64,000 nt of DNA from Spirochaetia bacterium (GTDB lineage: Bacteria > Spirochaetota > Spirochaetia > DSM-27196 > Salinispiraceae). This document shows positions 28,980 to 38,800 of this stretch, one piece after another (the first letter of the stretch is position 1; each line of letters starts with the position of its first letter). Below the pieces are notes generated by a model. That model was not told the DNA's origin and did not search any database. It was given only the letters and a program-made list of their open reading frames with translations. Where the stretch lies: NCBI GenBank assembly GCA_038204425.1, contig JBBRCZ010000007.1, positions 75,341-139,340 on the forward strand. The letters run 5' to 3'. The position numbers and the translations under genes are program-made.

Positions 28980-30437
28980 ATGAAAAGATCCCTTGGGTTT
29001 CTGTCTTTGATGTCTACTGCCTTGCTTTTGCTAACAAGCTTGAGTTGCAATCTTGCAACAAACACCAAAGCTTCGATTAGTCTCAGCCTTGGGCCAACAA
29101 GTGCCCAAAGCCGAAGCGCTTCTTCGTTTCTGCCGATGAATTACCAGTGGCAATCGATTACTGTAGTAGTCAGTGCACCCGATATCCAGACCATTGCTCA
29201 GACCTTTACCTTGACTTCTACTACAAGCAACAATCAAATAGAGCTGCAAGTACCCACTGGCTCCGCCAGAACTTTTAAAGTGAGTGTAAAACCCTTGGAT
29301 CCTGAGGGCATATTTGCTGTAACTGAGTTTGCTGCAAGTCAGACAATTGACGTGCTTGCTAACAAAGCTAACCAACTTGATCTACAAGTCAAACCTTCCA
29401 GCAGTCGGATTGTTATCCCTGACGCCCGCAACCAACGCCTTGTGATGATAGACTCACTTGCCAGCGGCTCTGCTACCTGGAAGACCCTGACAGCGACAGA
29501 TATTAATACCGACACGCAACTGGCGACGGATTTCTACCCGCACGATGTGGAGATAGACGAACAAGGCAGGATAATTGTTGCCTATGGGAAAAGTGCAAGC
29601 GGGGCCTCTTCCGGTGGCATTATTGCAATTGACCATTTTGTTTCTGGTAGTCAAGTGATCGCCTACGCAAACATAGCTACTTTGCCAACGGTTGGCATTG
29701 CCTACAACCCGAGCAACCAAACACTCTATGCTCTGGAAAGTACACAAACATCTGTTGTTATCACTAAAAAACTCAAGGCTTACAATCTTTCGACAAATTC
29801 TATTAACGGCGTGGAAATCTCTCCAACCCTGGAGCCGCCGGATGTGTTACTACTACCACCTTTTGCTAATGCGTATGCACAACCATTTAATTTCGTTTCT
29901 AACGGAGCATTGGCCGTTGGGCCAGATGGAAGCATCTACACCACATTTTCTGGAACTGCTCCGCCTAACACCCAGTATCTCGCAAAAATACACCCAAATG
30001 GTATCTTTGACGTTTCAAAAACCTTTAGCGAAATTGGACTGGAGGCTGGTCAAAGGATAAGTGACTTGCGCTTTGTCGATGCCAAACTGTACGGACTTAG
30101 TTTAAGCACAAGTTACTATACGCAAGGTCAACTTGTAGAACTCAACCCCAATACTCTGGACGTAATAAGAAGCTATGGTTATTCAACAGTCCCGCTCGAC
30201 TTGCCAAGCGACGCTAACACTACACTCAACTTAATTCAACCACGAGCCTTTGCTGCTGTACTCAACAAAAAACTGGTTATTGTAGATGAAGGTGGCGTTT
30301 ATATTTCTAGCACCAAGTTTGACCGACTGCTGGCCTTGGACTCAGAAAACTTTACCGGTGCCGAGATTTTTGGCCAAACAGGTGATGGCAATGCTGGTTC
30401 TGGGAAATTTAAGTTCTACACTGAATTTTATTGTTAG
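28980..30437 (+). CDS. Lipoprotein, probable Ig-like plus beta-propeller domains
   Basis: Lipobox LSC; repeated blade-like segments (PHDVEIDEQGRIIV, GIAYNPSNQTLY, ALAVGPDGSIY). Confidence 0.75.
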   Translation: MKRSLGFLSLMSTALLLLTSLSCNLATNTKASISLSLGPTSAQSRSASSFLPMNYQWQSITVVVSAPDIQTIAQTFTLTSTTSNNQIELQVPTGSARTFKVSVKPLDPEGIFAVTEFAASQTIDVLANKANQLDLQVKPSSSRIVIPDARNQRLVMIDSLASGSATWKTLTATDINTDTQLATDFYPHDVEIDEQGRIIVAYGKSASGASSGGIIAIDHFVSGSQVIAYANIATLPTVGIAYNPSNQTLYALESTQTSVVITKKLKAYNLSTNSINGVEISPTLEPPDVLLLPPFANAYAQPFNFVSNGALAVGPDGSIYTTFSGTAPPNTQYLAKIHPNGIFDVSKTFSEIGLEAGQRISDLRFVDAKLYGLSLSTSYYTQGQLVELNPNTLDVIRSYGYSTVPLDLPSDANTTLNLIQPRAFAAVLNKKLVIVDEGGVYISSTKFDRLLALDSENFTGAEIFGQTGDGNAGSGKFKFYTEFYC

Positions 30438-30458
30438 AGCTCAACACTTTACCTGGAT

Positions 30459-30500
30459 AAAAAAGGCTGTCTGGGAACTCATTCCCAGACAGCCTTTTTT
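30459..30500. terminator. Bidirectional intrinsic terminator
   Basis: AAAAAAGGCTGTCTGGGAA-CTCA-TTCCCAGACAGCCTTTTTT between convergent genes. Confidence 0.9.
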
Positions 30501-30503
30501 CGT

Positions 30504-31310
30504 TTAAAGAACTGGACTGATAAAGACTGACTTTTCTAAGTTGATGGTGTCAAAAACTAGGCCTTTGATGCTACCTTCGATTACGACGCCTTCTTTTGAG
30601 CTTGGTTCTGGTGGTGGGTTGTCAAAGTGACAGCCAGCAACTTTGTTGCCTAGTGCATCGGTAAGGTCTACGCGGTGAGAGGTTCCATAACTGTTGCTGG
30701 AAGTTGTGACCCCCCAGTAGTTTCCGCTAATGCGAACAAGCTTGCCTTCCCAGCCAAAGTAGTCAGCAAACAACGAGTCCAGCGAAAAGATACTGTCGGT
30801 TCCTGCCATTGGGTCGGCCTTGACGGTACTTGGCACAGTTTCTCCAAGATCTACTATCACTGCGTCTTTGACTTGGATGGCGCCATCCCAACTGCCGCTA
30901 ATAATACCTTCTACAACCAGCAAAGCTGTGTTTGATACTTCCTTGCCATATTCTGCGAGCAGTGTTACCAAAACTTGCTTGCTCGTTTTGGCTTTGCGGT
31001 CGGCGGCTGCGTCAGCTCTTAGACTAAACTCGGTTTTGATAGTTTCGCTATCAAAAAAAGTATTGGTATAACCAGCTAAACGGACTTTTTTGCCTTCCCA
31101 CACTGTGTAGGCAGCCAAAAGCGCTGCTGCATCCAGCACTTGCCCGGCTTGGTAGCTATCCGGTGCCAAGCGTTGCATTTTGGCCGGGCCAGCGTCCCTT
31201 AGGCCGGCTTGTCCACTTGCATTGTTGTCGACCTTTGCTCCACACGAACCTAGACCCAGCACCATTACAAGCGCAAGAGCCATAAAGATATAACTAATTC
31301 TGTTGAACAT
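30504..31310 (-). CDS. Lipoprotein with two internally repeated OB-fold-like domains
   Basis: Lipobox LGSC; repeats LLAAYTVWEGKKVRLAG / LFADYFGWEGKLVRISG and VVEGIISG / VIEGSIKG. Confidence 0.75.
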   Translation of the reverse strand: MFNRISYIFMALALVMVLGLGSCGAKVDNNASGQAGLRDAGPAKMQRLAPDSYQAGQVLDAAALLAAYTVWEGKKVRLAGYTNTFFDSETIKTEFSLRADAAADRKAKTSKQVLVTLLAEYGKEVSNTALLVVEGIISGSWDGAIQVKDAVIVDLGETVPSTVKADPMAGTDSIFSLDSLFADYFGWEGKLVRISGNYWGVTTSSNSYGTSHRVDLTDALGNKVAGCHFDNPPPEPSSKEGVVIEGSIKGLVFDTINLEKSVFISPVL

Positions 31311-31460
31311 AAAAATCTCCCTTGGACTTTAGTTTCGCAAGCGCTGGCCATGCTGTCAACCAATTATTGACCATTGACCAGAACTAGCATATGGTTTGCA
31401 CGTATTGGAAATATTTTGTGTTTAAACATTAGGTTTAGACAAAAAGTTATGGAGAATTAA

Positions 31461-32228
31461 GTGCGCGTAGCAGTCCTTGTTTTTTGCTGACCAACACTCT
31501 CTTTATGGCCTCGGCTCAGGACCTACAAACGAGCGCCATTGCGCAGACAATGCTGCCGGTGGGACCACTTGCCGAGCTTGGCTCTAAATCGCTTTTTGAC
31601 AGCGACTTTGGACTTGCTGCAAGGTTGGGCTATCTGGGTTGGATTGCACCTCAAGAATGGCCTGATAGTTTAAATATGATTGATCTGACAGCCCTTGCTT
31701 CGTATAATTTTAAGTTAAGCGATGCATTTAGCCTGGCCGCTCAACTTGGCCTTGGTACAACGCTTACCTTTGTAGAGCAAGCGCAAAGCTTAAACCTTGG
31801 TTTGATGTTTTTGGCAGAACCTGGACTTGCTGCCGAGCTAAAACTGGACACTACAGTGAGTCTGCAGCTTAAATTCGCTTGGCGTTTTTTGTTTGAGAGT
31901 CAGGCGAGCTACAGTGGACTGATGATTGGTTTTGGGGCGGCCTCAGAGCACCTGATGTTCGCCAAGATGACTTGGCTGCTGCGCTGGCAAATCCCAGCTT
32001 TCAACGCCCACAGGATCAAGCCCTTGATGCCCTGTTGGAGTTTGAAAGCATCAACGTTTTTCGTAGTCGCAAGACAACCCGTATTGTCTTGACCGACAGC
32101 TTTGCTTCCAGCGGTGGCAGGACATTCCTACTAAGGGCATGGGCAAGTCAAATCCGATAGCAGACAACAACAGCCAAGAAGGGCGTAAAAAGAACCGACG
32201 TTTGGAAATCGTTTTGACCTTTGAATGA
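31461..32228 (+). pseudogene. Degraded outer-membrane beta-barrel + OmpA-C protein
   Basis: GGAG-GTG start is out of frame at the T6 run (31480-31485); barrel-like middle; the terminal frame reads KGMGKSNPIADNNSQEGRKKNRRLEIV, but most of the OmpA domain is missing. Confidence 0.7.
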
Positions 32229-32241
32229 TAGGAGACTTTAC

Positions 32242-32880
32242 ATGAAGAACCTTAAATTGCTCATTTGGTGCTTTTTGCTCACAATTGGCAGCAGTGCCTG
32301 TGGCAATGTTATCTCTTCTGCTCTTGAGGCTGCCAAGCTTGTAAAGCCCGAGCTTGTTGCCATTAGCTCTATCATTGCTGGTGCACGTATCCGTTACACC
32401 AACGATGGCTCAAGTGCCCGCTCTTACTGACCTCGCTTATCAGGCTACTATTGTTACGCCAGCCTAGCCCAGTGACAGTCAAGCCTATTTTGCCGAGCAC
32501 GAAGTGACGCGTACTCAGCTTTTTGCAACAAGCTTAGCTTGGTTGAAGGTCTGACTCCTGTCTAATCAGTGGCTGGCGTTAACTTTGCCAGTCTTGCCTA
32601 TGCAAGTATTCCAGTAACCGGCGCTAGTGGAATTGAGCTTGCTAAGTGGAACGGTGCAAGAGCCGCTTGGAATGGTACTGGGCCGCCATGGGCGCCCCTC
32701 GAAACGGTCAGGGCGGCACCACCAACACGACCGGCTACAGCAAACCCTTTGCGGGCAGCAACAGAACTAACGCGATAGCAGCTTACGCAGTGTTTGGTCA
32801 CTGGGATCGTTCGATACGTGATGCAACTAACAAGGCTCCAAGTGCCATTGAGAAGGGGGTGAGGCAAGACCTTGGCTTGC
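32242..32880 (+). pseudogene. Degraded lipoprotein with IRYTxDG (chitobiase/Fn3-like) and FGE-sulfatase-like domains
   Basis: AGGAG-ATG, lipobox SAC, IRYTNDGS; later fragments FAEHEVT and EWYWAAMGA...GYSKPFAGSN lie in other frames with stops between. Confidence 0.6.
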
Positions 32881-32881
32881 C

Positions 32882-35800
32882 TCAGGGGGAAGGCCTTCCC
32901 CCAACTACAATGCTTACTTGGTGAACGCTATCATCGTCAATCAAATCTATAGCCGTGCCGGGCTGGTCTTTGCCGTCGAGACTCATGTGGGCCTTTCTTG
33001 CCAGACTGTCCTGCTTGATTTCTATCTGATAGGTGCTTTGTCCGTACTGGTAGCTCAGGCTAAAGCCGTCCCAGTCTGCGGGCAGGCACGGTTGCAGGTG
33101 CAGCTGTTTTTCTGTTCGGCGCAGGCCAAGTAGCGACTCGAGCAGCAAGCGGTACATCCAGCCGGCAGAACCTGTGTACCAAGTCCATCCTCCTCGTCCG
33201 GTGTGGGGTTGTACGCCATAAACGTCGGCGGCCATTACGTAGGGTTCTACTTGGTATCTGTCCACTTGCTCGGCGTCGAGGCTATGTCGGATGGGATTGA
33301 TCATGTTTGCCAGTTCCCAGGCGCGTTGTGAGTCATTTGATTGTGCAAAGGCCATGGCTGCCCAGATTGCAGCGTGGGTATACTGGCCTCCGTTTTCGCG
33401 CACGCCGGGCAGGTAGCCTTTGATGTAACCTGGCTCGAGGTCTGAGCTGTCAAAGGGTGGGTCCAACAACAACACTATGCCTTTGTCGCGGTCAACGAGG
33501 TGGGTGTCGAGCGACTGCATGGCTTGCTTGCTGCGCTTGGGCTCAGCGGCTTGCGACAAAACTGCCCAACTTTGGGCAATGGAGTCGATCCGGCATTCGC
33601 TATTTTTGGCCGAACCGAGCACTTGGCCGTTGTCAAAGTATGCTCTGCGGTACCATTGGCCGTCCCAGCCATTTTTTTCCAATGCGTTTTTGATGGTAGT
33701 CGCTTCGGCTCGGCATTTGCTTGCATAGTTAGTCTCATTGCGCATCTGAGCAAGGTCTGCAAAGTCTTGCAGGGTCTTGTACAGGAAGAACCCCAGCCAG
33801 ACGCTCTCGCCTTTGCCTTGATCACCGACGGTGTTCATGCCATCGTTCCAGTCGCCACTCCCCATCAAGGGCAGGCCGTTAACGCCGTAACGTTTGCCGT
33901 GTTCTAAGGCGCGCTGGCAATGCTCGTAAAGGCTTGCAGTTTCGCCAGAAGAAGCTGGCAGGTCGTAGTAACTCTCCTCATCACGATTGAGCTGGCGACC
34001 GGTGATAAACTCCAGCTCTTGGTCGAGGATGCTTGTGTCGCCTGTGCAATTGACGTAACGTGCAACAGCCAAGGGCAACCACAAAAAGTCGTCAGAGCAG
34101 CGCGTTCGCACGCCTTTGCCACTTGGCGGATGCCACCAATGCTGCACGTCACCCTCTACAAATTGATGCCTTGCGCACAAGAGGATTTGTTGTTTTAGTA
34201 GCTCCGGCTGGGCATGCACCAGCGCCAGCGAGTCTTGCAATTGGTCACGAAACCCAAACGCTCCACCTGACTGATAGTATCCGCTGCGGGCCCAGAGTCG
34301 AGCCGCAATCGTCTGATAGAGTAGCCATCCGTTTACCAAGAGGTCCAGGGCGAGATCAGGAGTTTTTACTTGTACCACGCCGAGTTGACGTGTCCAATGT
34401 TCTTTAACTTTGTCGAGCGCTTGGTGAACGGCGTAGGGTCCACGATATTTGCGCACCAAGCGACTGGCATGGTGCTTTTCGCTGCCAAGGCCTAGGCTAA
34501 AGCAGAGCTCACTTTCTGTGCCATCAGCCAAGCTTAGTTGGCTCTGCAGCGCCGCGCAGGGGTCCAGGGCAGCGCCGACTCGTCCAGAAAGGTGCGACTT
34601 GAGCATAGCGGCGGGGCAGCAGAGCTGACCATTGCGACCCAAAAATTCGCTGCGGTCGGCACCATAGCTTGCTTGATTGTCGTCACAGGCAAAAAAAGCT
34701 ACCCTATTCTCAAAGTCCATGCTGTAGTTGTTGCGGGCCAAAATAGCACTAGAACTCGGGTCAAGCTCGGTAACCAGGTGCATGGCAGTTTTGGAGCGCA
34801 GGTCGCCCAAGACCCATTCCACATAGCCGGTAACTGACAAGTGCCGTTGGCGACCTGAGTGATTTTTCAATTTTACCAGGCTAAACTTGACGCTGTCGTC
34901 GAGGGCCACAAAAACTGTCACTTCACAAATGATGCCATTGTAGTCGCCTGTAAAGACGCTGTAGCCAAAGCCGTGCCTTACTTGCAAGGACTGGTTTTTG
35001 TCTTTGTCGGGCACCATCGGCATCCAAAACTGGCCGGTTTCTTCGTCTCTGACGTAGATGCATTCGCCGCTGGGGTCGCCTATCGGATCATTGTGCCAAG
35101 GGCTTAGGCGAAACTCGTGGGCGTTTTCTGCCCAGGTGTAGGCACTACCCCCAGCACTTACTACGGTTCCAAAATGGGGGTTTGCTAAGACGTTTACCCA
35201 AGGCATTGGACTTACTTTGCCTTCGCTTGAGTTTATTACATATTCGCGACCGTCGGCACTAAAGCCACCATGTCCGTTAAAAAACAACAAGTTGGCATTG
35301 CTGGCAACTGCTACATTTGCATGCTCGTTTCTAATGCCTCGGCTGGGCAAAAAGGCGGGCGCAGATTTTCTGACGCTACGGCTGCGATTCAGTTGTTCTT
35401 CCAAAGTGCCACGACTATCAGATAGGATCACGCGTGCGCTGGCTTGGATCAGAATGCGATCCTCAACCGAAATCTGGTCGGATGACCTAAGATAGACGCC
35501 ACCTGGTGTGCCATTGAGACTTGCTTGAGCGCCAGTTGCCAAAAGACCCATGATTTGGTCGTTAAGAATCTGTCGGTAACCGGCGTGATCTTCGTTCCAA
35601 ATTACTAAGTCTACTGTCAAGCCTTTGAGACGCCAGTATTGGTGGGCTTGGATAACTTGTCGCACCAGCTCTAAGTTGCTGCTGTCTTCTATCTGCACCA
35701 AAACTATCGGCAGGTCGCCTGAGATTGAGTAACCCCACAAGCCCGACTGTCCACGCTTGTTTTGGCTAATTAGTGCTGGATCGGCTCGCAATTTACCGTT

Positions 35801-38800
35801 GGCAAAAATAACCGCCGCCGCCAACTGACAGTACAATTGCGCCTCAATTACCGAGACATTGAGCTGGCGCAAAACAACGTGGCTGTGTGACCAGGAGAGG
35901 TCAAAGACCCGGTCGGCCATGCGCTGATCCTGATATTTGCCAATCAAGTTGGACGCCCCATTGCGCGTGGCAGCTATGCCTTGAATAATATCTATGGTGG
36001 CAACTTGGTCTGGTTCGAGTACTATTTTGTAGCGAATCGCCACCACCGGATCCAAGACCGGACCCACTGTGCCGGAAAGTGGTTCGTGACCTTGCATGGC
36101 CAATGGATTGGCGGGACTGCGACCACGCCCAATAAAACGGGCCCTGTCAGTTTCGTATGATATGCTTTGGGCATCGGCACCGTACAAGTTCATTTGTTGA
36201 AAAAACCAAGGCGACTTTTCATCCTTGGAGCGCGGCCTACGATGTCCGAGTAAGGCATGTCGCACGCTATCCAACTCAGTTTGAACAAAGAGATTGCCAA
36301 AGGCTGGATGCTGGGCATCAACTCCAATTGGCGACAAGACCAACTCTGCATAGGACGTGATCTCTATCTCGCGTCTTACGCGACTGCGATTGTTGATCTT
36401 GGTTCTTCGCAGTTCGATATCGTCGTCGGGAGAAACCAAGACGGTGGTATGGCAGTCCAAACCAAAGTCACTGCGCATAATTTCGGCACGGCCTTCAGAA
36501 AAGATGACTTCGTAGCTTCGTGGTTTTTTGAGCGTTGGTTGAAATCCAAGCGACCAAAACTGGCCAGTGCCAAGGTCGCGCACATAGGCAAACGAACCCC
36601 AGTTGTCAGCCGTAGTATCTTCACGCCATCGAGTTAGTGCCATCTCATTCCATCGGCTATAACCGGCACCACTGTTGGTCAGCATCACGTGGTAGCTACC
36701 GTTAGACAAGAGTTGCACCTCGGGCGTTGTGCTATCGGCATTGGAAAACAGTCTTACCGGCAGGTCTGGTTTGTTGTAGTTGAGTTTGATCTCGGCCGAT
36801 TCGCTGGCATGACTGTACATAACCATGTCTTTTGGCATGCGTTCTTGCAGCAACAAGGTGGTAGCTGCAAACATTGGTTCGGCCACAAAGCGCTTTTGCA
36901 TAGGCTGACCATGAAGTACGTAGGAAAGTGCGAGCAGACTCATGCCTTGGTGATGGGCCATAAACGACTTGACTATCGCTTTGCTCTCGCCGTGTAACAG
37001 CCGACCAGTGGTATAATCTACCGCCTCATAAAAGCCAAACTCTCCCTCAAAACCCTCGTCAGTCATTCGTTCTAAATTATCGCAGGCCGCTTTAGCGTCT
37101 ACCATGAGCGCCATAGTGGATGCGTAGGGCGCAATCACCAGATCATCGGCAAGCCCGCGCTTGAGGCCAAGGCCCGGAATGCCAAAGGCGCGATATTGGT
37201 AATTCTGAGCTGCGTCAATCAAATAGTAGCCCGATTCAGATACACCCCAAGGAATGCCGCGCAGTTTTCCGTATTCAATCTGGCGTTTTACGCAGGAACT
37301 ATAGGTTTGATCGAGCAACGAATGGTCGTAATTGGGCATGAGCAAAAGTGGCATCAGGTACTCAAACATAGAACCACTCCAGGACAACAAAACCGAGCAG
37401 GTCCCAACGCTAGTAAGTTGGCGCCCGAGGGCAAACCAGTTCTCCTGCCCAATTCCGCCCTGAGCAATCGCCACAAAACTTGCCAGCCGTGCTTCGGAGG
37501 CTAGCAGATCATAAGAACCTGCGTCACAACGGCGCTGGTCAACATTGTAGCCGATCGAGAAAAGCTTCCGTCCGCCATCATACAAGAAGCCATATTCCAT
37601 AGTGGCAAAATCGCCAGCTGTTTGCGCCAATTCTTCTAGTTCTTCTAAGCGAAGAGAGGCCTTTTCTGCTGAGTTGGCAAGCATTTCACCTAGGCGGCCA
37701 GCATCGTCAATTCCTTGCGCTCTCAAAATTGTCTGCCCCAAAGTCTGGGCAAGCTGTCTGAGGCTCGGTACGTTGTTGAGTCCACTCAATGCCAAAGCTT
37801 CGGCCGGCTCGCTGCACCAAGGCGCAAAAAATTGCAGTTGTTCCAGAGCACGCTCGGCTTGACCGAGCATGGCCGCAACACCAGCACGCAAGTTCTGCTC
37901 GCTGCCTTGCATCTGAGTGTTTAAGCTTGTACAGGCATGAACCACATCGGTCATGGCCTGATAAAGCTGGGCAAGACTTAGCGTTGGTTGGGTGCTTTGA
38001 CCGTTAGATACCTTACCGCTTAAAGTGCTGGAAAAACTGCTTAGTAGTTTTTCGAGTCGTTTGTGTAAGTCGACAGTGATGGGGCTTGGAGCAAATTCTA
38101 TGAGCGCCAGACTATCTGCCATACCCTCAAAAAACCGTGGCGCTACAATCGGGTCGTCGGCCGCAGACTTTAGTCCTGACTTTAGAACAAGCAAGTAACC
38201 AGCCAAGTTGCCGCTGTCAACTGTTGAGACGTAGCGTGGATTGAGTGGCCTAAGTGATTGCGTATCGTACCAGTTGTAAAAATGACCTCGATAGCGTTCT
38301 AAACCGGCCATGGTTTGCAATGTTTTTTTGCAGCGTTCTTGGCAATCAAGCAGAGTCTGATAGCCAAAGTCATAAGCGCTCAGGTTGTTTAACAATGAAA
38401 AACCAATATTGGTTGGTGACGTCCGATGAGCAACTGTCCTGACAGGATGTTCTTGAACATTGTCTGGTGGCAACCAATTATCTTCTTCGCCAACAAAAGT
38501 CTCAAAAAATCCCCAAATCTTACGTGCGAGCCTTCTCAAATACAATCGCTGCTGATCATCAAGGTCAACTCTTTTGCGCACTATTGGACGGCTGGCTTGC
38601 CAGGTAATAAAAGGGGATGCAAACCATGCCAACAAGAACGGACTTGCCACCAAAAGACTTAAGGGCGCAAGGAATGCCAAAACACCCGTCAAAAGCCCCG
38701 AAAAAAGTGACGCAACGCCCATTTTTTTTATTGAATCCAAGAGACTATTATTTTTGCTGATCCTTGCGCTGGCCGCAGTATTCCACTCAAGTAAGCGGGT

